Source: Harriotta raleighana
Lineage: Eukaryota
Assembly: GCA_050575255.1 (NCBI GenBank)
Contig: JBNZDD010013726.1
Location: forward strand, 5,885,678 to 5,949,677
Length of the DNA stretch: 64,000 bases
Direction: 5' to 3'
Below are positions 24,519 through 37,283 of this stretch, piece by piece. Numbering within the stretch: position 1 is the first letter of the stretch; every line of letters starts with the position of its first letter. A program made the translations under genes and the position numbers. The notes beneath the pieces are model-generated. The model did not search any database. It was given only the letters and a program-made list of their open reading frames with translations, and had not been told where the DNA came from.

Positions 24519-27500
24519 GATGATGATTGCCAGTTTTGCATGCAGCAAATAAGAGGGGTAATGTTACATAAATTAACTGATTCCCTTTCATTTGGGTCAT
24601 TTGCTGACTAAATATCTCTTGACATGAGGTAACTCACAAAGTGCAGTGCAAAGGAGCTGAACTATTGAGCATAAGATTGTGAATTATTGAGCAACTAATT
24701 GGATTTTGTTTACACCGTAGGTTTGGCCTGGAGAGATGCAGCTATTATTTCTGAATGTCATTTTACAGCTACCTAAGCCTTTGCCTCCAGCCTTCACCTT
24801 CTGCTGTCTCACATGAGGTGGTACAGCACTCTACCTGAGCTGAGCTTCCAAATTTATCAGCTTCACACAAAAGAAAAACAACTTTGATGAATTCAGAGGT
24901 GGTACCAAATTTTGAATCCTTGGAAGGAGTCTTTGTCCAATATAATGGTAGTCTTTGAATATGCAACAAACTGCAGTAAATTACTGTTTCTATTCTATAA
25001 TTATCTTTAATTGCCTGTGTGACAGAGCGCACCATCAGAGCATGTGTTTGCTGCACTCGTAAAGAGACAAAAAGTATATACACTGGAAATTGTAAGTGAA
25101 AACAAGTAAAATGCTTAATATGCACGTCGGGTTGATGAGCATTTGAATGATTCGGGTATTAGTATTGGTATATCTAATTGGTAGATATACCAATGAACAT
25201 GAACCTTTCACTGGAATATAAAAGTAGGATTTGTTTTCGTGATTTNTTACTCAAAACATGAACCTTTCACTGGAATATAAAAGTAGGATTTGTTTTCGTG
25301 ATTTTGAGCAACTTTCCCCCAAACAGCTCTCTCTTTCCATTGCTTTAATGGCCTGATGGGTATTTATTACGTTCAGTAAGTCTCCGCTCAGTTAGTTGAA
25401 AAGGTTTGAACCTTAAAACATAAAAATACTCAACATGTAGAAGCTGGTGATTAACGGGCACATTCAGCCGATCTGTACCAGTGTGATCTGGTCTGTTGGA
25501 TCGCACATGCCTCACAGAGGTCACAGGTGCAGCACAATTCCCAAAGCTCTGGCTTTCTTTTTGAACTTAACTTTCAAGCTTTGCTACAGTATCAGGTTTA
25601 TGCTCCATGATGCCAGAGCTGCACCAATACCCACTAAAAATAACGTCAACTGAACCCGGCCAATTATTCACAGGCAATAATTTGATACAGAGAACCTCAT
25701 TGTGTCAGCCCTTTATTTAAAGAGTGTCACCTTCTTGAAAATCGCTGACAAAAATGTTGAGCGACCTTCACAGTTTTTTTTTCCTCTCTCTTTCTTTCCT
25801 CTAATTTTCCCCTACCATTTTCTCCTTCACTGAAGGAATTGACATTTTTTTCCCATCTACCTGAGTAAAGTTTCCCAGACACCAGTCAGTCAGCCTCTTG
25901 CATATGTTGCTCACCGATATACATCAATTCACTTTACAGTATATTCTGTGAAGCGCTAGAAGACATGATGTGTTGATGTGGATGATATTATTAGGGACTC
26001 TTCTGAAGGGCTCTTATTCTGTAAGCGTGACAGGTTGAAATGATTGACTGTGTATATCAGTATGTTCAGCAGTTTTATACCAAATTGCATTGTAACAGGA
26101 TTCTACCATATGTGTATGTAATAGACTGTGTTTTCTTATATTAATCCTCAGTAAGGAAACTGGAAGTATGACTTTATGACCTGTGAGAGCACTGTGCTGA
26201 TGCAACTTACGTGTGGAGCCAAGTTTCTATGGGATGTGAGGCATCATAATGCTCTTGATATAATTGTAGTTACCATNCCGTGTGGAGCCTATGGGATGTG
26301 AGGCATCATAATGCTCTTGATATAATTGTAGTTACCATTTGGAGTCCCAACTCAAATTCCTTAGTTACTTTCGCAGGTGTGTTTTCACTTGTGGCAAGCT
26401 CCTGCTTTCGTCTGATCTGGATGCAAGATGCTATGTGATTGCTAGAAGGAAAAATTGGAGCCTGCTTTTGCACAGCACTGGCAGAGTTCTGGGAGCATGT
26501 AATTGATCAGCACAGCTAGAGAATAGGATGTGACGAAAAGGTGGTGGAAGTAAAACTGTGAGGGGAATTAAAGATATTTTTAAAGATGATTCTCTGACCC
26601 AAACCTTATTCAGTGAAGGTAGAATATTAAACTGCACGTCTCTACATCTCCAACAGTCGTGTGGCTGCTTTCATTGGATTTACCTGGATTCACTAGAAAT
26701 CAGTACACATACAATATTCGCCCTTTCTTGCACAAACCAACACAAAAGAATTTTCACTGATAACATTAATTTCACAGTGCTGGGAGGCAAATAATTGAAT
26801 CCAAAATGGCTTAGTAATTTGTCTGGAATCTGAGAAATGGCATGTAGCGGGAATCAAAGGTAAGTGAGAAGGATGTGAGTCTAAATCACTACTTAGTTTA
26901 AGTTTGATGAACCAATTGGGGTCTGAATGCACACTTTCACTGAGGCATTCAGAAGGTGATTCGTGATTATGGTTGCCAATTAAACTCTGTTCAGTGTGAA
27001 AATTGTCACCAAAAAAATCAATAAAAAATTGATTGTTTCAAACACATTGCCCCCAAAAAATCTGGTGAAAATCAGCAAAAATACAAATCAACCCAATTTA
27101 TTCTGCACTTCAGGCTTTTGTGTAATGTGATGCACACAAAGGTGAAGCTTCTGATAGAAAGCAAGAAAACCCATTATCACATGCTGCCAGCAATTGATCT
27201 TCTGAGGTTCTGGAGAACATTCAAAGACACACAATAAACCTTTTGCTCCCAAAACTCACACAACACATTTGCTGATCATTGTATTGTGCAAAATTAAATT
27301 GTGCGTTTCCTGTAAAGTGTACGTATTGACCAGAGAATGATTTTAAAATGTATAATGGTGTACATTTAATAAGAAAGATGAGTTGTGTGAGCACAGAAGC
27401 AAGTTGCTGAACAAATATCGTGGAATCATATTGAATACCGTAATTGTATCATAGCCTTTCCAATTTATTAATTAATTAGCACAAAATAATTGACTTGAAT

Positions 27501-27774
27501 TTTTGCTTCAACATTAGTAACATTATTCACTCCACCATTCATTCAAGTACGCCCTTTATTCGATATGGGGAAACAAAACTCAACTGAAAATTCATTACAA
27601 ATATGTTTGGTTGGGAAACAAAATTATAGTGAATGTTGTTGCGGAAGGTTGTGTGCACTCGTGACTTACTTTTGAGCTGTACACAATTCTCTGAAAACAG
27701 TTTGGGACTTCCACAAATTCACCACGCTCACAGACATCATTTATGTATGTGAACATTTATGTAAATGGATTTGA

Positions 27775-28026
27775 TTTCTGGCAGGGCCAAAACTTGGGCA
27801 AGTTTCCTTGCTCCACATGCCTAATGATAATCCCTCAAAAAAAAGAACAGTAATAATTTGGTCACTCAATCTATGACTATCTATCTTTGTGGGACACTGT
27901 TGTGTGCAATTGGCTGCTGCGTTTCGCCCACAAATATACAGTCAATTCCGTTTTCCAGTGTATTATGTAAAGCGCTTTGAGACATCCAGAAGACGCATGG
28001 AATCCAAATGCATGGATTATTATTAT
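27775..28026 (+). mobile_element. Young SINE lacking most of the tRNA head
   Basis: ggcagggccaaaacttgggcaagtttccttgctccacatgcc...atcc aaatgcatggattattatt. Confidence 0.85.
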
Positions 28027-28667
28027 TTCAACAAATTGTTCTTATGCCTGAAAAGGCCTGTAATATCATCGAACAGTTATTTTGTGAATAAAGTTGGGAT
28101 AATTTTTGCAACAATTCCATNGCATGGATTATTATTATTTCAACAAATTGTTCTTATGCCTGAAAAGGCCTGTAATGTCATTGAACAGTTATTTTGTGAA
28201 TAAAGTTGGGATAATTTTTGCAACAATTCCATCGTCCGTGTTAGCTAGCGCAAATTATTTCACATTTTAAGGAAAAGTTCAGGTGGTTCATAACCCTGCN
28301 TCGCCCGTGTTAGCTAACGCAAATTATTTCACATTTTAAGGTAAAGTTCAGGTGGTTCATAACCCTGCTCCTCATGAAACACCACAAACCTTATCCCAAT
28401 GTTTCCCAAATAAAAAGCGAGAACAATGAAGATGCAGAGAATTAAATTCCACAGTAAATTCCACTGTACTTCTAACATCATCACTGGGCAATTAGTGGCT
28501 GTGGCTCTGACTGTATACACAACTATCTATGTTTGTGAATGGTGTAATGGTATGTTGTTCACACAGTGATGTAAAGCTCAGGTTTAGGTGACACATGTGA
28601 TTTTAGGAACTCGCAAATAAGTAACGATTGCAGAGAACAAGGTAAAAAAGTAAATCGTCTCACTTAC

Positions 28668-28733
28668 TCTCTGTCAATCACAAGGCAGGTCACCATTTCA
28701 GCTGCAATAACATTGGCTGTCCTCACATCTTCT
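28668..28733 (-). CDS. PRKG1: PRKG1 exon 8-equivalent (66 nt; CNB-B phosphate-binding cassette R-T)
   Basis: cag|A GAA GAT GTG AGG ACA...GAC AGA GA|gtaagt encodes (G)EDVRTANVIAAEMVTCLVIDR(D). Phase 2-2. Confidence 0.97.
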
Positions 28734-28904
28734 CTGTAAAAAGATGTCAAAGGCAAAAACGTCAATTAAGAGACAACGGGAAAACAACTGACAACACTCA
28801 TATGTTGTAGAACGCTGAAGTGCAGAATAAAATGAAACAAATATTACCAGTCAGTGTCAGTGTTAAGTATCTGAAATATTTTCGATAAGCAACAACAACA
28901 TCTT

Positions 28905-29228
28905 GTGGAGCTCCTGTGGCTTAGTGGTTAGAGCACTCGCCTTGCAAGCCTGAGACCTGTGTTCGAATCCAGGCAGATCAAGGCGAAACCTTGGGCAAGT
29001 TTCCTTACTCCACATGCCTAATAATAATCCCTCCAAAAAAACCCACAATAATAAAATTGGTCATTTCAATCCACGACTGTTTGTGGGGGACGCTGCTGTG
29101 CGCAATTGGATGCCGCGTTCCGCCCACAAATATACAGTCAATTCACTTTACAGTATATTCTGTGAAGCGCTTTGGGACGTCGATAAAATGTGAAAAGCGC
29201 TATATCAAATGCAAGGATTATTATTATT
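28905..29228 (+). mobile_element. Young full-length tRNA(Ala-like)-derived SINE with intact Pol III boxes
   Basis: A-box TGGCTTAGTGG, loop cTTGCAa, B-box GTTCGAATCC, CpG-retaining body, (ATT)n tail. Confidence 0.93.
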
Positions 29229-29439
29229 CTATTATCTTTAGATTTATATATACTCCATTTACTCCATGCGTCTTAGAGCAACTTCACAACAACGGATCGT
29301 GGGCCCGAGCCATGGGCAGGGGGGAAAAGGTGACCAAAGGTGCGGTCGAAAAGAAAGATCTTTAGTCGAGAAACTAGGAAGAGAAGGGGCGCACTGATGT
29401 GCGAATTGGGCAAGCCAACACCAATGTAGTGTAAATCAT

Positions 29440-29680
29440 TTAGACTGAGTTTGGATTCTGCTCTGTGCTCAGTTAGCTGATCTCAAACGGGGAAGACCTG
29501 ACAATTGATCTTAGTTCCCCTGATACAGTGGGGCAGACATGTCAAGCAGGATACCCACTCCTGATTGTTATCCAGTCACATATCTGTTGGGCTTGGCTGC
29601 ATTGCCCTTTACAATTAAATGACCGTTTGCGCAGCCTGATGAAGAACAGCTACTTGGAGAAGGTTGCCAGAGAGTTGCAT
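29440..29680 (+). mobile_element. Ancient SINE fragment, AmnSINE2-like
   Basis: tctgtgctcagttagctgatctca...acaattg...ctcctgattgttatccagt...gggcttggctg...tgaagaacagctacttggagaaggt is colinear with my recollection of the AmnSINE2-type consensus. A second fragment lies near 33800-33862. Confidence 0.5.
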
Positions 29681-29806
29681 TTGGTTTGCGAGAGAAAGGG
29701 GTGGGTGGAAACTGGCAAAAACAAACTCAACAACAACTTGTATTTATACAGCAGCCTTCCTGCTGGTTGGCGTCTCGGAACGCTTTAGTTTCGGAGAATA
29801 AGCAAG

Positions 29807-30139
29807 TAATAATAATAATAATCCTTGCATTTGATATAGCGCTTTTCACATCTTATCAACGTCCCAAAGCGCTTCACAGAATATACTGTAAAGTGAATTG
29901 ACTGTATATTTGTGGGCGGAACGCAGCAGCCAATTGCGCACAGCAGCGTCCCACAAACAGTCATGGATTGAAATGACCAATTTTATTATTGTAGTTTTTT
30001 TGGAGGATTTATTATTAGGCATGTGGAGTAAGGAAACTTGCCCAAGGTTTCGCCCTGATCTGCCTGGATTCGAACACAGGTCTCATGCTTATAAGGCATG
30101 TAAGGCGAGTACTCTCACCACTGAGCCACAGGAGCTCCA
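29807..30139 (-). mobile_element. Young full-length SINE, inverted relative to 28905-29228
   Basis: Reverse complement aligns end to end with 28905-29228. Intact A/B boxes, 10-bp duplication in the anticodon region. Confidence 0.93.
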
Positions 30140-32454
30140 AGTACACCACTCAATGCAACATCACATCATTTATGGGTAATTTGTGAAAAATAAAGGTGCA
30201 AAACTCTTCTGATTCTTAGCTTTCCCGAACTATAATGACTTATCAACCCCCTTTGATGAACACATTGCCTCTTTAAGTTACAGACAGTGTTGAATAAACT
30301 CACAGTTGTTCGTTCCCCACACAGCAGCACCATGGCATTTTTTACAATTTCACAACTTTGAGAAAGATTTGAGGATTCAGATAATGTTAAATATCTATTA
30401 AAAGATTGAGCAAACATGAGTTTGTAGACTGAGTTTCCTCTATTAATTCCTGTATCTATCTATGGTGAAACCACAGAGTGGACTAAGTTTTACGATTTGA
30501 TTGCTATCAGGTAAACACTGTAACATAGTAAAACACAACAACAACAACAAAATTACATTGAGAGAGCGTCTTTCACGTCGGGAGGACGCCCCGAGGCGCT
30601 GAGACAAATCCATCATTAGCATCAAACAACAACGTTGATAAATTTATTACATACTTAGTTAGAAAATAGAATCAGGAAACAACAACACATAACATCTGAT
30701 GCTCAATCGTCTTAGTATTCAGCACTCAGGATATTCAACATTGAACATTGTTGACATCCTTCCTCTTTTCAGCCAAATACAGAGCACTGACAACTAACCA
30801 TTTAAGTTAACTACTTTGTGATAAAACAACAAATGAATGTAATACGTTCTAATTGTTTGCCAATCATTACTGTTATTTCTTGTTCAGCTTTGCTGATGAC
30901 TTTTAATATGATTATAACATGAATAATATTTAATTAAACACCTCTGTCATACGCAACTGAACAATGTAGCTTCTCTTAGCATCAAGAAAGTCCAAACCAG
31001 GGGAAGAAACTTCAAAATTTGTAGTTAAACAGGTATAGTTTAAAGAAAACAAAATCACTAACTCAGATGCTTCCTCAACTTCCTCATCTGTTTCTTCATC
31101 AGTGGACTCAGAGAAGGAGTAGTCCCAGTCTGATTCAGTATCTGTGTTGTTCATATTTCTCAGTTTGAGAAATGCTCCCCTTCATAAGACTTCACATAAA
31201 AACTCGCTAGCTCTTAACCACCCAACCACAGTATGTTGTACTTTGGAACAAATCTGGCCTTCTTCCCACAGCACCTCTCAGCTTAAGAAGCAATGTTTAT
31301 AGCTGCTGAGGGAGGCAAGAACTTGATACCATTGGGGGCATTTTGAGAAACATACAGAGCTCAGCACATCATCACAAACGTAGATTCACTGGTCATCACA
31401 GGGGCCCTCCTCTTGCTCTGACTGTTTGTTCTATGTTTACAGTTCTGGGTAATGCAAGCCCCGTCATTGTTCTTGTGAGGTGACTGTACCCTTGTGAATG
31501 AGATGATTTAGAGTTGGCTCTTATGGTGAGCAGGCACCTGTTTGTTAATATGTCATATGTCCAAGTCATCAAATTTTCTTTGACTTGTACTAATTAACAA
31601 AGCTCTATCCGTTTAGAATCTGTGGCGGCAGCTTTCACTGAGAACACCGGTTCCAGTACATTATTGACAAAAAGAACAACACCTAAGACATAAGCCTAAC
31701 CTTATGGAAGCCTATATACCTTCAGTTTATGTAACAAAAACTTGCATTTCTATTGCTCCCTTCACCTCAGTAGTGTCTCAGAGCATTTAAATAAGAAATA
31801 TATGCAACAGTTGCAGACTCTCCTTCAAATTCACACACTGGAGCTAATTTGCCATGTGAAGTTTCACCTTCATTATTTATTCCTAATGTTTTTCAAGCAT
31901 CAATATTTCCTGGTACAGTAGTTAGTTTGAATAGTTTTGCTATAAATAAAAATGCAGCAGCATCATCTATATAAATGCATGAGGCAAAGTTTAATTATTT
32001 CCTCCCAACTGATTTTACCTCAGCTTTACTTGTCTTCCAACCTCCTGCTCTGCTTTTCAAGTTGGATGGACAGGGATTGGGCAAACTGAGGAGAGGTTAG
32101 AGACTGACCTCGATCACAGCTGCCAGATTTGATAAGGGGACACAGTCTTTGGCAGACACAATTGGCTCGCTCCCAATTTTCCATCCTCTTTGAGCTGGAG
32201 TATCAGCTACCTTGCAGTGTTCTATCTGACAGTTTTGCTGCCAACTAGGAAAGCCACTCGACGAAATTACCAAACCCAGAGTCAGAGTCAAGCCTGGAAT
32301 GTGACCCTCGAAAATCCACTCCTACAGTTATGAATGGGAACCAGGTGATCTCTCACTAAAGCCAGCTGGGTCTTTTGAATCCCCAGACTAGGATTCAGTG
32401 GGATCACAGCATTGACTCCCTCTCCGCATGATAATCTACAACAGTCCAGTTGGC

Positions 32455-32950
32455 TAAAACCATGCCATGCTGACCTCATCCAACCTCCCCTTCCTCATCC
32501 ACATCCCCCGGTCCCTGTCAATGTCCAGGCTTGACTATGATTCCCATCATTCAGAGGAATTCAATTCAAGATCCTGGTCCTCACCTTTAAAGTCCTCCAT
32601 GGCCTTGCCTCAACCTTACCTCTGTATCCTCCTAACCGCCTACCAACCTGTCTGCTCCCTTCATTCAGTGGCTCCTGGCCTTCTCCATGTCCCCAGACCC
32701 ACCCGCCCCACCATTGGCAGGCATCCCTTCAGCCACTCTACCACCAACCTTTGGAATTACATCCTGCAATCCTTCCACCTTTCCCTCTCCCTAGCCTCAT
32801 TTAAGTCCTGTCTCAAGACCCTCCTCTTCGACCATGCCATCAGTCAACCCCCTTCCCCCCACTTCCCTCCATTCCCCTGATCATAACCTCAGATCTTGGA
32901 TCGTCCTCCCAAAGTGAAAGGCACTATACAAATGTAATTATGTTGTTGTT
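32455..32950 (+). mobile_element. L2 3' fragment
   Basis: SRLDY...QPYLCILLTAYQPVCSLHSVAPGLLHVPR...SLASFKSCLKTLLF, ending aaaggcactatacaaatgtaattatgttgttgtt. Confidence 0.88.
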
Positions 32951-35728
32951 GGATTACACATCTCAAACGGCCCCTGAGGCAGTTCAGGCTCAAATGCTGA
33001 TTAATACTACAGTACTTATTCGGGTCACTTTTGAGTATGGGACAAAATATACTACAGACCATTGCATGAATTTTTCATAGAACATAATACAGCACACCAT
33101 ATCCAAATGAAGTCATAGAAAGTCATCCCTATTGATGGTCTGGAGAGGCAGAGCTGAAATGAGTCAGCTCGGAGGATTAGATTTACTTTCTTTCTGTGGA
33201 GCAGGAAGATTAACATGGGACATTCTATCAACATACAGTTCACTGGAACCACCTTCTAAAATAACCATATAAATAGCTCCTCCAGTTTTCCTTGTGGTCA
33301 GCAGTTGTTAACAGGCTGTCAGGTTACCCTTCAGTAGTTAACTTCTGAAATTAGATCCCAGCTAGGAGCTCATGAGATTTACAACAATGTATGCTAAAGA
33401 ATACCATCATCATCATCATCATCATTATCGTTCATCGCTCCAAAACTGCAGCCAGAATCTTGTGTTGTTATTTATCCCAAGATGTTGACAAGGAATACTC
33501 CATCAGACAGTGTTCAAATGTTTATCTAGGCTCTCCACATTCACATCTGGCTTAGATGTCACCAGTCTTTGCCACCCGAGCTCTCGCTCTATTTAAAGTA
33601 CTGTACACCAGGTAAGTATGAGGTAAGTGCTTCTTAAGGTTGGTCTGAAGCAAATCAGATTCTCTAAGATCATTGATATTTCCTGCCATTTTGTTACTCT
33701 GAAGGCTAAGGTTGTTGCTAGGGTTACTATTCAGAGACCATGTGTGCCAGTATTCTCCAAGTAGATTCATGGTCTTTCATGAGTCAGATGCACATGTGAA
33801 GGCACACATGGTTGAATAGTCTGAAATCCGTGAGTGTGTAGCTGGCCATTTGGGTGAGGTACTAATCCAAGCCTCGTCCCAACTTCAAAATAATACTAAC
33901 AGCAGTCTAGTCACCTTATATTATTTACATTATTTGTATTATTTCAACATTTAGAATCAATCCACAAAACTGAATAGTTTTTTGTAAAATTTTAAAGTCA
34001 AACGATAAGAATTAAATAAACTGATTGTAAGATGTGGAAAAATCCCCCAAATCACATCAATAGAAACATCACCTATCTTAAAACATTACTGTTCTTTCAA
34101 GAGAGTGCTTCATTTGAAAATAGAGAACATGAATTATATACTCTAATGCATTAAGAACAAGGGTACATAACGCCATACATTTTTTGGCAGTAAATGATTT
34201 AGAAAGGCCTTTTGTAATAATAATCCTTATATTTGATAGAATTTTCCTGCACCAAACGCCGCATTAAAATGACTTTGAGTATTTATGACCAAATAAGTAG
34301 TGCTATATGACATCTGGGATTTTTGAACAGGAAAATGTGCTGAGTCTACACAACTACAAAAAAGGAAAGGATTGCATCAGTTTTTCCTTCTTCAATAGTA
34401 CTTGCTCCATCTTACAGCTTGGCCAAGAACACTCTACAATGTCATGAGCACTCAAGTATCAGCAGCCCGACCAATGGGAGAATGTAACGTTTACCACTTG
34501 TGCTGCCAAGTTGTCCAATGGTGCCATTAATATGAATTTATTATACCCTCGAATAAACACTATGCTCAATGGGCTGAATGGTTACAAACTTTGAGAATAT
34601 GCAATTCTATATCCCAAGCCATTAGACTGAATACTGCAAAAGATTGTTCCTGCTTAGAATTGATTGGGAAAACAAGGAAGTAATAACATGTTTCCCAACC
34701 TTTGACGATTTGTTTTTGCGAATGAAAGTGACCAAACAATGTTCCTTCCTGCCTATTTGCTCCCATGAAATCTCAAGTATTTTTATTTCTAATCAGTAAG
34801 GGTACATGTTGATGTCATTATGTGGGACAAAACGTTATGGCTTACTGAAAGAAAATGATTACAAAATCAATATTATCCAAGATTTCTAAAGGTTATGGTC
34901 CACCAAGACAATTATTCATAAATAAACTATTCTTAAACTGACAAACATATTAATAATGGGGCTCTTAAAGATTATGTCCAAGTCACTTCATGACATATAG
35001 CTGTGCGAACCTAAATAGTGAATTGGCAAAACTACAAGCAAAACAGTACAATTCTGCAACACTTCATTAAAATTGCTAAAAATATATATACAGTATTGTT
35101 TTTGTATGAATTTGATCCAACGAATTTTTGATCAATTACAATTCCTGTTTTGTCTAAACATATGGGCTCCAAATTTTGATTTGTGGAGAGCTACATTGTG
35201 AAGGTCAATCGTAAACATAATGATGGTTATTTATTTCCAGCATGGTGACACAATGTAGATACCATGATTAGTGGAAATTAAAATGATTGCAGACATCTGG
35301 CCACATTTAAATCAGAACTCAAGGCTCACTTACATTTCACGCTTAGAAACACAATCCTCCACCATGATTGTGGCTTTGCGTCTCCTTCCTCGGTGTTTAG
35401 ACTCACGTCATCAAACAAACACTGCTGGAAACAACCCCCTCCACTACAAACAACAACTTCAGCTACAAACCATCTCTCCACTACAAACAATCCTCTCCAC
35501 TAAAAGGCAATATAACAATGCAAGTTTATTCTTGCTTTACCATCTATAATTTCAATAAAAATTAGTTTTGTTGGTCTGTTGGTTTCAGTTGATTCTAGTT
35601 CAAATACAGTGCGATTGGCCCTGGACTATTTACTCAATGCTATTACTGTGGGCAGAGCGACTCTGGACGCACATGTGCTGTGCAAACGGGAAAATAGATT
35701 TCGCGCCGCCCAGGCCCTGTGATTATCA

Positions 35729-35997
35729 ATGTGTCTCTCTCCGTCTGTGCCTCTCTTTCTGTCAGTGAGTGTGTCTGTTTGTCTGTTACTGTATCTCTGT
35801 GACTGTGAGCGTCTGTGTCTTGCTTTCTGTGTGTGTGTCTGTGAGTGTCTCTGTGTGTGTGTATGTTGTCTCTCTCTTTCTGTGAGTGTGTGTATCTTTG
35901 TGTCTCTCTGTGTGTATATCTGTGTGTGTATTTCTCTGAGTGTGTGTCTCTCTCTTTCTGATAATTGTTAGTGTATCTCTGTGTGTATTTCTCTATA
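35729..35997. repeat. Degenerate (TG)/(TC) low-complexity tract followed by a SINE tail (35998-36062)
   Basis: Direct inspection. It explains the Cys/Val/Leu/Ser-rich ORF 35729..35971. Confidence 0.9.
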
Positions 35998-37004
35998 TCT
36001 TTTGAGACGTCTAGAGGACGTGAAAAGCGCTTATATCAAATGCAAGGATTATTATTATTACTATGAGTGTGTGTGGAAAGCTTTAAGCATCCCAGCTTCA
36101 TGCTTGAATACACATTTTCAAGCTGTCAGTATTGCATTAAGTGCCCAACTGAAGAATTTGTTCCTTTCTTTTTCTGTCTATTTCAGTGCCTATGCCAATA
36201 ACAGCAAGTCGCAACTAAAACCCCTGCAGGAAATGAATATAGCTTTGGGCCAAGGCTACACATTTATCAAAGCTTGGAGAAATCTAAACATTGGCAATGT
36301 TGCATTTATCTTATAGCACAGAATTATTATGACAGCTCCCTCCATCTTCGGTGACAGCACTGTAATGTGTACAGATCCCGTATTCACCCAGCACACTTGG
36401 AGGTAATATGAATGGAAGAGAAATTACCATTAGTCGCACTCCTTTCTAGCTCAGAAGCTTAACTTGTTTAATCTCCCCAGTGATGAGATTTTTTGTATGA
36501 TGTTTCGAACCAATTTACCTCTGCCACTGACATTGTATTGAGTGTTGCAGCATTTATCTCACAATGTATATAATGCAAATTTGATTTTAACCATGTTAAA
36601 ATTCAGAAGCCATATTGCACAATGCATATTAATGACAGGTTTTCAAACATCTTCTAAAAGTCTTTTCCTCCATCCATGCTGTTAATATCTTCAAACACCC
36701 TGCCCACCTCCTCCCAACTACTTGGTGATCCATATCTTCTATAAAGTGTTTTGAGATGTTATCAATCACAACTTGCATTTATACATTGTCTTTGAACATT
36801 TTATGGAGACGATGATCCAAAAAATGAACAGTCAGAGGGAGGAGGAAGATGGGTATATTTATGTTCAGCGTTCGGTTTTCATCTTTAGAGAGTGAATGAG
36901 ACAGAGGGTTTGAAAGAGAGAGTTCCAGATGGTAGGGGACGTAGATACCAATGGTGGAGCAGATGCATTGGAAACAAATAGACTGAAGGTCGCTGAGGAG
37001 GTGA

Positions 37005-37283
37005 TCAGCTACATTGCTCCACCAGAGAAATCATCCTTCAGATGAGACTTGAACCAAGGTCCTCTCTGTTGTTCAGGTCTATGTTAAAGATCCCGTGGCT
37101 CTACTAAAGGCAGAGAACAGATTTCCCCCCAATGTTTAAACCAACAATATCCCAGGTAAATTGGCTGCCACAATCATCCATAAAAATATACAGTTACTGC
37201 ACTTTACCGTAAATCCTGTGAACTCTTTTGAGACATTTTGACAATGTGATCAGGTGCTGTATCAAATGCAAGGATTATTATAT
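37005..37283 (+). mobile_element. Older DeuSINE fragment
   Basis: ccttcagatgagacttgaaccaaggtcc...gttaaagatcccgtggc...aaattggctgcc...tatcaaatgcaaggattatta. Confidence 0.75.

Noticed and set aside
28905-28975. tRNA-like sequence as a true tRNA-Ala gene (also 24223, 40175, 51300)
   Set aside because: No proper acceptor stem or terminator, and it continues directly into a SINE body and tail.
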